Below, piece after piece: positions 10,075-19,114 of a DNA stretch of 61,287 nt; the stretch's first letter is position 1, and every line of letters begins with the position of its first letter. Made by a program: the position numbers and the translations under genes. Source of the stretch: a virus (taxonomy: Duplodnaviria > Caudoviricetes); the IMG/VR virus record IMGVR_UViG_3300050014_000138, positions 1 to 61,287 of that record; one strand, given 5' to 3'. A model generated the notes under the pieces. It saw only the letters and a list, made by a program, of their open reading frames with translations, had not been told where the DNA came from and did not search any database.

Positions 10075-10943
10075 AATGATTCAAATTTTGGTTTAAGGTT
10101 TTTATATATCCATTCAAATCTTGATGAATATAATTTTGCTTTTTCTATATTTTCTAAAATTGCATTGGTTTTTGATGCATATAGTTCTGGGGTTAATGTT
10201 GGTATGATTAAATCTAACTCTTCTACTGTATTAAATGAAATAATTCCATCCATATTAAAATATTTACTTATATTCTTAGTTCCCCACCAAATCGGTATTG
10301 TACCTGTTGCTAATACATCTGTCAATACTTCTGTAAAAAAATCATCATGAATAGAGTTCATTATTGCAAATGAATAATAATACGGAGCTACCGCTATTAT
10401 TTTACCCATTCTGGTACCATTATAATTATCTATTATGTTATTATATCCACTCCCATATGTATCTATTTTTCCTGGGTATCGTTTAATAATTTCATGTCTA
10501 AGTTTATGTCCAGTTGTCCAAGTTTTATTAGATGCAACTATAGATATAAGACGTTCTTTTTCATATATACCAAAATCTTCTAATAATATTCTAGAACCAC
10601 ATGGAGGAGTCCATATATATCTACTTCCAACAAGGTTTTCAATATAATTATATGGACTCATAATATAATTAAAATATTGGTGATTTTGTTTTATCCATTC
10701 ATGTGGATTAAATATTGACGGATCACAAGTGGAACAATAATTAAAAATGTCTGGGCATTCTAGAAGAAATGCTATTTTTATTTTACCATTGTATTGTAAA
10801 TGATTTATTAGTAACGTATCTTCAAATATATGAACATCTCCATTGGGTGTGTTTTTAACCCAATTCCACGATACATCGGTTGGAGGAATCATGTCTATAA
10901 AATTAGAGTATTCTTCCGTTGTATGGTATGTAACTAGTTTCAT
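10071..10943 (-). CDS. GT10-like (alpha-1,3-fucosyltransferase-like) glycosyltransferase
   Basis: IASNK..T.GH.LRH; Y.YSFAIMNS..D.FTEV..D...GTIPIWWG, a degenerate GT10 motif. Confidence 0.7.
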   Translation of the reverse strand: MKLVTYHTTEEYSNFIDMIPPTDVSWNWVKNTPNGDVHIFEDTLLINHLQYNGKIKIAFLLECPDIFNYCSTCDPSIFNPHEWIKQNHQYFNYIMSPYNYIENLVGSRYIWTPPCGSRILLEDFGIYEKERLISIVASNKTWTTGHKLRHEIIKRYPGKIDTYGSGYNNIIDNYNGTRMGKIIAVAPYYYSFAIMNSIHDDFFTEVLTDVLATGTIPIWWGTKNISKYFNMDGIISFNTVEELDLIIPTLTPELYASKTNAILENIEKAKLYSSRFEWIYKNLKPKFESL

Positions 10944-10947
10944 ATGT

Positions 10948-11568
10948 TTATATATTTTTCCTTACAAAAACTCTAAACTCGCCAGGTTCTGTATTATAAT
11001 TATCTAGAATATTTGTTAATCGGTATAGTTCATCCCAGTCGTGATTTGGATTTCCTTCCGACATGACTATATGTTTAGGATTCATTCCTATCATATTCTT
11101 TATAAACGATACTGCTTTTTCAGTGTTTAAATGCATAATGACTGCATTAGTATATAAAACATCGTATTCATATGCAATTAGTTTATGTGTGTCTGGAATG
11201 GACCAGTCTCCAATTGAAAATCTATCATTGTGAAAGAATTCTTGGTCAATATTAAAATGATTTATTCCAAACTCTATTTGGGTGTCTAACAGTTCAACCC
11301 CTCCTACAGAAATGTTTGGAAATAATTTTTTAATGGAGTATATATATTGCCCTCCACCAAACCCACATTCAAATACTGATTCGGCATTTACTTTCAAAAT
11401 ATATTCCATTATAAATTTAATATTTGGATGAATTGCATCACCATTCCAATTTATTTTCCCATCTTTAATTTCTGCATTTTTTATAATAAATTCATCTGTC
11501 ATATTAATTACTTGGTTAGAGTATATTTTAGTATAATCTTTCCAATAATATTCTTCATCAATTTTCAT
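10948..11568 (-). CDS. Class I SAM-dependent methyltransferase
   Basis: VFECGFGGG, YDVLYTNAVIMHL. Confidence 0.75.
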   Translation of the reverse strand: MKIDEEYYWKDYTKIYSNQVINMTDEFIIKNAEIKDGKINWNGDAIHPNIKFIMEYILKVNAESVFECGFGGGQYIYSIKKLFPNISVGGVELLDTQIEFGINHFNIDQEFFHNDRFSIGDWSIPDTHKLIAYEYDVLYTNAVIMHLNTEKAVSFIKNMIGMNPKHIVMSEGNPNHDWDELYRLTNILDNYNTEPGEFRVFVRKNI

Positions 11569-13094
11569 ATTCTTATCCATTCTGGAAGAATTAAATCATC
11601 CATATTAAATCCATCGTTTACAATTATTTCTCCAAACCAAGTGGATGGAACATATACTTTTTTATCATGTCTAGTGTTTAAGTATGCTCCCCACCATCCA
11701 AAGCTACTGTTAGATATTATAACATTTTTACATAATGATATCAAGTACAATTCTATGTAATCTTCTTCATTAATATATTTTACAGGACAATTAAATTTTA
11801 AATTCTCTTTACACCATTCTATACTATCACTAAATATCCAAATTTCTGATGGGTTGATCATGTTAACGGCATCATTATAGTATTTTTCTGATAGTAATGG
11901 ATGATGGTTTGGAAATTTAGCGTAATCTCCTCTACGTACTTGTATTGCCGTTATATCATTAATTGATGTATATTTGTCTTGTATATATTGTTTAATTTCA
12001 TCCGTTGGTGAGAATAATGTTTGAATATATTCTCTATGGTGATCAAAATATTTGTATGATTGAAAATGTCCTCTAAGTTTTATATTTTCTTTGAACTGAA
12101 TTGGTTTATACGTGCTTTTTGACCATTCATACACGTTTATGGGGTTACATGTTGTATCCGTAACTATACGTGAAAATATGTTTGTTAAATAAGTGTTTAT
12201 GTTTCTTCCCTGATTTGGAAGAATATGCTCCGTTGGGTTTATTATAGTTACTGCATTGTTATCTTTTGAAAGAGCGATTGCAGCAGCTACTTCAAACATT
12301 TGATTCCCCAAACCTCCCGCAAGTGTGGGAGTTACAAATGATAATGTGTTATATGGTGTTTTTGACCTTATAATTATTTCCAAATTCGATTTTGTTTTTA
12401 ATTCAGTACATCCTCTACTTCCTCCATTTTCAGGAGTTCCATTATATAAGTATATTGTTTCAGATACTCTAAATATTTTTTCTGGAGGACACATTTCCAA
12501 CGCAGAATACATAATTGCTAAATCGTCTTGACATGGTTCATATATTCCTTCGGGACATAAATCTTTTTTATTAAAATTTTTCCATATAAATCCCCTCATT
12601 GATTTGAGATGTGAAGTTCTCCAAATATCTTTTCTATAGGATTTAGTAGATGTTATGGAATAAGGAATTTCCAAATTTTGGGGGTATGGTTCTTTAAATG
12701 TATCTCCGCCTTCCCATACAATCATTCCACCATATGTCATCCAACAGTTTGTCTTATTGTAAACTACATTTAAATAAGATAATACATTTTCACAATAAAA
12801 CATATCATCCCCATCTAAAAATACTAAAATATCATTGTCTTGAACATCAAAATACTTGTCTAAATTTGCAAAAAACCAAGTTTTATATACTCGTGTATCG
12901 GATCTATCTAATATAAACCTTTGGTCAGAATTTATTAACAAGTTTGCTTTAATAAATGTATCATCTTCAGATGCATCATCAAAATATATTACTTTATAAT
13001 TGATATAATCTTGATTTAGTATGGAATTGATATTATCTTCAACCCATCGTGAATTGTTTCTGCTTCCAACAATAATTACAAACCTGTTATTCAT
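11565..13094 (-). CDS. GT2 + GT11 (alpha-1,2-fucosyltransferase-like) fusion
   Basis: N-half DDAS.D and LDGDD; C-half GGLGNQMF, VRRGDY, SNSSFGWWGAYL. Confidence 0.88.
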   Translation of the reverse strand: MNNRFVIIVGSRNNSRWVEDNINSILNQDYINYKVIYFDDASEDDTFIKANLLINSDQRFILDRSDTRVYKTWFFANLDKYFDVQDNDILVFLDGDDMFYCENVLSYLNVVYNKTNCWMTYGGMIVWEGGDTFKEPYPQNLEIPYSITSTKSYRKDIWRTSHLKSMRGFIWKNFNKKDLCPEGIYEPCQDDLAIMYSALEMCPPEKIFRVSETIYLYNGTPENGGSRGCTELKTKSNLEIIIRSKTPYNTLSFVTPTLAGGLGNQMFEVAAAIALSKDNNAVTIINPTEHILPNQGRNINTYLTNIFSRIVTDTTCNPINVYEWSKSTYKPIQFKENIKLRGHFQSYKYFDHHREYIQTLFSPTDEIKQYIQDKYTSINDITAIQVRRGDYAKFPNHHPLLSEKYYNDAVNMINPSEIWIFSDSIEWCKENLKFNCPVKYINEEDYIELYLISLCKNVIISNSSFGWWGAYLNTRHDKKVYVPSTWFGEIIVNDGFNMDDLILPEWIRI

Positions 13095-14082
13095 TTATAA
13101 TATTCTCCATATGTGTTAACCACTGCTTTGTATCTAAAAATAAACTATTTTCTAATTTTTTCTTAGCATAAAATCCAATATGCTCATAAAAATCACGGTC
13201 ATTAATTAGTTGTATTGCAAGATATCTTGCAGCATGAACATCGTTTATATCTACACTTAGTTCGGGAAATAGTATCTGTTGTGTATCTACTTTTTCATTT
13301 CCTATACAAGGTATTCCAAAATATGCACAATTCATATTAAATGTTCCAGCAGCAATGGTTGGCATTAGATTAACTGCATATTTAAACGTTGATAGTTGTG
13401 TCATCCAATCATTCCACATTACCCATGGTAAATGTTTTAAATTTTGAACTTGTTCTTCTCCTTTACGTTTGCAATGAGATGATGGGACATATATTGGACA
13501 TCCAAATTCAGTAGCAGTAATATAACTTTGGAACCCTCCATACCAATGACAAAAATTCCCACCAATTATTGTTTTATTTTCTTTTTGTATATTAGATAAT
13601 GACAATTGGTTTGTAAACATATGTGTGGGTATTACATTAACTTTTGTTTCTGGAAATAACCCCTTATAAAAATGTGTATCATAGTCATTATGAGCAAATA
13701 ATATATCACATTCTGATAATTGATTATAAAAATTAAATTGTGTAATCATGTCATAATCATTAAAGAACCAAGTTGGTCCTTCTTGGATGTTACATACTTT
13801 TTTATTATTTTTTTTAAGAGTTTCTACCACTGGTTTAGAATATATTGTCATATCCTTATTCGTTGAGGATAATGGCATTTCCATTCCAATGGCGTTTAAA
13901 TTTGTTGTTATTTTAGGAAATATAATAAATATAACATCATATTCTTTTACTTTTTCAAATTCATGAACATTGTAATGATCTGATTGTAATGCACACATCC
14001 ATGCAAATTCCGTTCTCATGTTAGTATGATTAGGAGGAATTTTTCCATTAAAATTCATTTCGGTTAAAAATGCCGTTTTCAT
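13087..14082 (-). CDS. Putative GT-B fold glycosyltransferase
   Basis: 'AAGTFNMNCAYFGIPCIG' donor-binding-like segment; glyco-cluster context. Confidence 0.5.
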   Translation of the reverse strand: MKTAFLTEMNFNGKIPPNHTNMRTEFAWMCALQSDHYNVHEFEKVKEYDVIFIIFPKITTNLNAIGMEMPLSSTNKDMTIYSKPVVETLKKNNKKVCNIQEGPTWFFNDYDMITQFNFYNQLSECDILFAHNDYDTHFYKGLFPETKVNVIPTHMFTNQLSLSNIQKENKTIIGGNFCHWYGGFQSYITATEFGCPIYVPSSHCKRKGEEQVQNLKHLPWVMWNDWMTQLSTFKYAVNLMPTIAAGTFNMNCAYFGIPCIGNEKVDTQQILFPELSVDINDVHAARYLAIQLINDRDFYEHIGFYAKKKLENSLFLDTKQWLTHMENIINE

Positions 14083-14084
14083 AT

Positions 14085-14549
14085 TTATTTGTAATTCTTT
14101 ATGTTATCTGAACAAATTCCATAACATTTGGATAATTCACTTGGGGTCCATGTACATAATTCGGGCAATACACAAATTGATATTTCAGACAATGGTTTTC
14201 TAGGGAATGTCCAAATAAACCCTCCATTTGTTATTGCGTAATCATCGTTTTGATGCCAAAAATAATTAAAATATTTGGAATAAATATGTCCACCATCTCG
14301 TCTTGTTAATTTATGTAATGCACTTAATTCTTTACAATGAATCCACAGTTTCGTATAACGTTGAAATATCCATTTATATGTGATTTTATATTGTGGTTCA
14401 TTATGCCCCAACCACCATTGATTTAACTGATACCACACATCAATTTCTACATCAAATCCTTTATCTAATGCAGTTTGAATATAGGATGGTTTATTTTCTT
14501 TTTTTGGGATTGGACCATTTATGTTACCTCTATGTGATATTAGTATCAT
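14085..14549 (-). CDS. Glycerophosphodiester phosphodiesterase-like protein
   Basis: ISHRGN, EN, GFDVEIDVW, LGH, WIHCK, GICSD; start at ATGA overlap. Confidence 0.75.
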   Translation of the reverse strand: MILISHRGNINGPIPKKENKPSYIQTALDKGFDVEIDVWYQLNQWWLGHNEPQYKITYKWIFQRYTKLWIHCKELSALHKLTRRDGGHIYSKYFNYFWHQNDDYAITNGGFIWTFPRKPLSEISICVLPELCTWTPSELSKCYGICSDNIKNYK

Positions 14550-15280
14550 TTTTTTCCTACTATAATATAGTTTGGCCAATGGGTAACTGGATATTCTGGT
14601 AAAATTTCTACATCAAAATCTTCAGTCATACGATGTATAAATGCTTGTTTACGTTGTTCATCATGAAGATTCATCATTAAATATGTATTTTTAGCGTCTT
14701 TTACGTATTTATCATAAAAAGAGTATAATTCTATATCATCAAACTCGGATAAACAAAACTCCGATATAAAAATATCAACTGATTGAGGAGGTGTCTCCAT
14801 AGTTGCATTAATTCCAAACTTATTTAGATATTTTAAAGCAAATGATTGAACATCTGGTAAATCTATTAAATGGTATGATGTTGGTTTATAACAAGTGTTT
14901 ACCATAAATGCGGTCGCACCATATCCAACCCCCAACTCACTTATAATTTTACCATCCAAATTACCAAAGTGGTGATATAAATCACATAATGTGTTAATGT
15001 GTCTTAATGTATTAGGTGAAACTTTTATATCTCTAAATTCCATTATATCAATTGGATTCCCAATGGTATCATTACGAACTAAATCTTTTATTTTAGAATA
15101 TATTTCGGGATACTCTCTAATTTTATCATAAAAGAATACTGCTTGCCATGGTTGAGACATTCCTACTATGGATATATAATCATTATTACTTTTAAATTTG
15201 TCAAATGCTTTTTCATCTGTTAAACATTGTTTAACAGATTCTAAGTAACGTTCTGCGGTATCTTTTTCTGTTTTCCACAT
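14546..15280 (-). CDS. Putative sugar O-methyltransferase
   Basis: ISELGVGYG, IDLPDV, FISEFCLSE. Confidence 0.7.
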   Translation of the reverse strand: MWKTEKDTAERYLESVKQCLTDEKAFDKFKSNNDYISIVGMSQPWQAVFFYDKIREYPEIYSKIKDLVRNDTIGNPIDIMEFRDIKVSPNTLRHINTLCDLYHHFGNLDGKIISELGVGYGATAFMVNTCYKPTSYHLIDLPDVQSFALKYLNKFGINATMETPPQSVDIFISEFCLSEFDDIELYSFYDKYVKDAKNTYLMMNLHDEQRKQAFIHRMTEDFDVEILPEYPVTHWPNYIIVGKK

Positions 15281-15307
15281 ATTAATTTTTATATTATACT
15301 ATATAAA

Positions 15308-15631
15308 TTATTTTGTCAAGTATTTATCTCCTTTTACACTAGGCATTTTTACTACACATGTAATTGCATCAGTTAATGCCAAAAAATCTGTAATATCCCC
15401 CTTCTCTATCCATAAAATATCATCGGTATGATATTTTATTTTATTCATTGATACCATACCTTCTACTATAACCGTTATTTCATCTGCCTCTTTATGATAA
15501 TGTGCTTGATCATAATCACCCGCTTTATATCGTTTGATAGAGACTTCTACTTCGTTTGATGGTATAATTGTTGGAATAAAATTCCCAATAAACCATCCAC
15601 CTATAAAATTATTTCGGTTGTATAATTTCAT
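15308..15631 (-). CDS. Cupin-domain protein
   Basis: GGWFIGNF, HYHK..DEIT cupin metal ligands. Confidence 0.75.
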   Translation of the reverse strand: MKLYNRNNFIGGWFIGNFIPTIIPSNEVEVSIKRYKAGDYDQAHYHKEADEITVIVEGMVSMNKIKYHTDDILWIEKGDITDFLALTDAITCVVKMPSVKGDKYLTK

Positions 15632-16267
15632 TTTGTAATTTAATTAGTAATTCAGGGTTTATGGGATGAACTACTGGATCTTTTAATTTTTGTAGTTTAA
15701 CTGATGAATGTACATTCATGGAAAATGTATAATGTTCCCTAACTTGTTTTGACCATAACACGTCTTCACTTTCTCCCCAACTAAGTGATTCATCTAAAGG
15801 AAATCGTTGCATAACTTCTTTTTTTGCTATCCAATACGCACCAGAAAAATACATATATTTTGATAAATTTGTAACATCATATGGCAACGCAACATTTAAA
15901 TCCATTATTCCAAACTTTTTAGCATCATCTGGCCACAATGTCCAATCTCTATACCGAGATCCGTTTTGATTTTCGATACGAGTCATACATATATTAAACT
16001 TATCACCAAACGTTTCGAATCCTTTAAACCATCCTGGGTTAAGAACAATATAATCATGCATATATACAATGTTATCATATTTAGCATTTTCAGTAATTAT
16101 ATTTTTTTTACGAGTTATCCAGTTAGGTTTAATAGACTCGTCAAATGAAATAAATTTGTAGTGTTCCCACGTTTTATTTATTTTTCCACCTACCACAATT
16201 ATTTCAACATCGTCATATGAAGTATCATTGGATTTACATTTGTTATTACACCAAAAGTAAATTTCAT
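15609..16267 (-). pseudogene. GT2-like glycosyltransferase with 5' frameshift
   Basis: ATG 16267 (ATGA-coupled) gives MKFTFGVIT... then TAA after 22 codons; the 'VEIIVVGG...WITRKKN...MHDY' body is in the -1 frame. Confidence 0.6.
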
Positions 16268-17640
16268 ATTTTGTATTTATCTTGAAAATATGTCAAATCT
16301 TCAGGAGTACCTAACCCCCACATTTTATCAATATGAAATATTTTTATCTTTTTGTTATCTTTAATTGCTTCGTTATATACTGGTGCAACATAAAATTCAT
16401 TATTTACTCGGATGTTATTAGAAACCATTTTTTCTGCATATTTAACGTAATCTTCACCATGAGACCAATAGTATATCCCAACGGTTGCTTCATTACTAAT
16501 AACTTCTTTTTCTTTAACTTCTGTAACAAATTTATTGTCATCTAAACGAACATAACTCCATTTTGGATGAGAATTGTTAAAAGTTAAAATACCTCCATCT
16601 ACATTATCTCCAGTCATTGAATACATAAACTCATTACTATCCCATTCAACGAATTGATCTGAGTTCGCAATTAGAAGAGGTTCATTATTATTAATATATT
16701 CTTTTGCAAGTAAGGTTGTGCAGGCGGCACCTTCCGTAATATGATCAATTACGACTATTTTACAGTTTGGTGATATTACGTTTAGTAACTGTTTTAAATT
16801 ATATTTCTCACAATGTTCTTTTTGCACAATAAAGACATGATCGGCATCAATATTTAAATTTTCCACAATGACTTGTATCATTGGTTTGTCATTCATATTT
16901 TTAACTGAAATTAGAGGTTTAGGAAATGTATATCCTGCTTTAACAAATCTACTTCCCGCTCCTGCCATTGGTATTAATACTTTCATACGTCCTCCTTGCC
17001 ACTTGGGTTTAATCAATTTTTCATTAATAGATTCAATATAGTTATTTATATCAATATAATTTATATTGTAAGAGTTTTGAACTGCAAATAAATATGCTCC
17101 GCTATCCAATGCTGCTTTACGTCCAATATGAGAGTCTTCTATTATGACGGTCTCTTTTGGGGATACTCCTGCTTTAATCATACATTGTAGATACATTTCT
17201 ACATTGGGTTTGGGATTAATAACGTCTTGATTTGAATAATAGAAATCTATATAATCTATAAATCCTTTTCTTACAAGCATCATTTTAACTGTTTCTCTAA
17301 TAGAGTTTGATGCCACTGCAATGCAATAACCATCTTTTTTTAGTTTGTTTAAAATTTCTCTTATTCTATCATCATATTTAAATTCATTTATTATGTTAAT
17401 AGTTTCTTTTTGTTTTAATTGCCATACCAAATTGTGGGATTCTTTTGGTAATCCTTTTGTATTGGTAAGCATATTAAGTTTTTTAGTAGTATTAAGTCCA
17501 TCATAACTTGATAAATGTTCTAGTTTATTAATTATATATTTTTTATCTATTGATGCTAGTGCTCTATTAAGTGCTTCGTAATGAATATCTTTTGCATCTA
17601 CCAAAACTCCATCTAAATCAAATATGATAAGTTTAATCAT
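16264..17640 (-). CDS. HAD phosphatase fused to sugar-phosphate nucleotidyltransferase
   Basis: FDLDGVLVD, KP, IEDS..G; LIPMAGAGSRF..PKPL, ANSDQ, LGTPEDL. Confidence 0.85.
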   Translation of the reverse strand: MIKLIIFDLDGVLVDAKDIHYEALNRALASIDKKYIINKLEHLSSYDGLNTTKKLNMLTNTKGLPKESHNLVWQLKQKETINIINEFKYDDRIREILNKLKKDGYCIAVASNSIRETVKMMLVRKGFIDYIDFYYSNQDVINPKPNVEMYLQCMIKAGVSPKETVIIEDSHIGRKAALDSGAYLFAVQNSYNINYIDINNYIESINEKLIKPKWQGGRMKVLIPMAGAGSRFVKAGYTFPKPLISVKNMNDKPMIQVIVENLNIDADHVFIVQKEHCEKYNLKQLLNVISPNCKIVVIDHITEGAACTTLLAKEYINNNEPLLIANSDQFVEWDSNEFMYSMTGDNVDGGILTFNNSHPKWSYVRLDDNKFVTEVKEKEVISNEATVGIYYWSHGEDYVKYAEKMVSNNIRVNNEFYVAPVYNEAIKDNKKIKIFHIDKMWGLGTPEDLTYFQDKYKI

Positions 17641-17642
17641 GA

Positions 17643-17906
17643 TTATTTAATTCCTGCGTGTCCACGATTTTCTTCTTCTGTAAACCATTCATTATATCTA
17701 ATGTTGGTTTTTATTTGAGTTTCTATAGTTTTATCATGATATAACGACATCTCGACTGTATTAGGAAGATTTGCAAATTTTACATATCCTTCCAGTTTTT
17801 CATGTAAACGTCTATTCCATTTTATTTTTGGATCGTTTTTGTAGAGCCTCCCTTGAAAATCGGGGGCGTTTACTATAACTGCTTTATATTTTATTTTTAC
17901 CATCAT
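17643..17906 (-). CDS. C-terminal half of a fractured GT2 glycosyltransferase
   Basis: VNAPDFQGRLYKN...W...LHE...LYH is the R.Y....W...HE...H tail of SpsA-type GT2s; AGGA RBS 7 nt upstream. Confidence 0.75.
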   Translation of the reverse strand: MMVKIKYKAVIVNAPDFQGRLYKNDPKIKWNRRLHEKLEGYVKFANLPNTVEMSLYHDKTIETQIKTNIRYNEWFTEEENRGHAGIK

Positions 17907-18561
17907 ATTTAAGTCCTTTTAATAAATTATCCATCCACGGAATGAATTGTAAATTAATTGGTGCTGCAATCTCTTCTGGTGGAATTTTGTTTAAGAATCC
18001 ATATTTTATAGGCATTATATGGTCTATTTGATATGCTCCATCTACTCCACATCGGCCTCGTTTTGATGGATCATAATTTTGGATTTCTAATATGGTTTTT
18101 CTTGTTAATGTAGTAACCTTATTTCTATACACTATCCATTCATCAGTCTTTCTTCCTCCCCAACATCCACTATCCCACAACTTTTTAGTATATTTTCCAA
18201 TAAGTTCTTTGGTTTCTTGGGAATGTTTAATTCCTTTACGACACTCACCAATATATTTTATAATTTCATTATCTTCTTTTGTTAATCCACTATTCCATGG
18301 TGGAAGTGTTTTTCTTAATTTTTTCATGGATTCTGAAACTTTAAGTGACATTTTTTTAATGGATTCATTAGTTTCTTTCGTCAATCCTCGATTCCATGAT
18401 CCACATTTACAACATAATCTATTTTGTTTATAAGAAGTTTTTGCGGATAAAAAATTTTTATGTATGATATCAGAATTACACCGTGAGCATTTTCTAATCC
18501 AATATGGAATATTTGTATCGTCAATTTTTTCTATTAAATATGGTGGAATTTTTTTACTCAT
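17884..18561 (-). mobile_element. HNH homing endonuclease with NUMOD-like repeats, inserted in GT2 gene
   Basis: CxxC pairs, WN.GLTKE repeats, HSQETKE, YQIDHIMP...NLQFIPW.DN..K. Confidence 0.8.
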
Positions 18562-18594
18562 ATACTCAACCTTAAGGTCGAATATACATATTAT

Positions 18595-19110
18595 CTAAAC
18601 CTTTGTTTCTTCAATAATATATCCATTTTCTTTTAAAAATTTATATTCTGAAGAATTAGTATCTATTATTTTTTCATGTATAATAGATGGTTCTGGGGTT
18701 AATCTCCATCCCCATTGTTTAGCATCTTCTGAAGTTACACCTTTAAAATCATTTACTCTTGGTATTGCGTATAAATCAATCTCAGGATTACTTTGAATAA
18801 TATCTTTTATGTTTATTAAAAGAGTTTCATTGGGAAGTTCATCCCCATCTAATTGAAATATCCATTCTTTACTACATTTTGAGTTACCATAATTTTTATG
18901 CCCACCGTAGTTTTTGTCTAAGGCATGTTGATATATTTTAATTTTATCTGAAAACCTAGACAATATATTTTTTGTTAATTGAGAATCTGAAAAGTCATCT
19001 AATACGATGATTTCATCTTCTGGATCAATTAAAGATACCACTCTAGTAAGTAAATTTTCTAGAGTGGTATCTTCGTTATGACAAGTAATGAGATATGATA
19101 TGCTTGGCAT
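18595..19110 (-). CDS. N-terminal half of a fractured GT2 glycosyltransferase
   Basis: ITCHNE, LDD.S, WIFQLDGDE (DxD), IPRVN, WGW; lacks the C-terminal motifs found in 17643-17906. Confidence 0.8.
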   Translation of the reverse strand: MPSISYLITCHNEDTTLENLLTRVVSLIDPEDEIIVLDDFSDSQLTKNILSRFSDKIKIYQHALDKNYGGHKNYGNSKCSKEWIFQLDGDELPNETLLINIKDIIQSNPEIDLYAIPRVNDFKGVTSEDAKQWGWRLTPEPSIIHEKIIDTNSSEYKFLKENGYIIEETKV

Positions 19111-19114
19111 ATTA

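Noticed and set aside
17884-18594. Group I/II intron carrying the HNH gene
   Set aside because: Only 33 non-coding nt at the 5' side, none at the 3' side, and no recognisable P7 or domain V elements.
18562-18597. GT2 N-half ends in TAG and is in frame with the HNH ATG 33 nt later, suggesting amber recoding or readthrough
   Set aside because: TAG is a real stop at 47700-47702, where the paralog ends at nearly the same position, and long genes are intact under code 11. The in-frame spacing can be chance.
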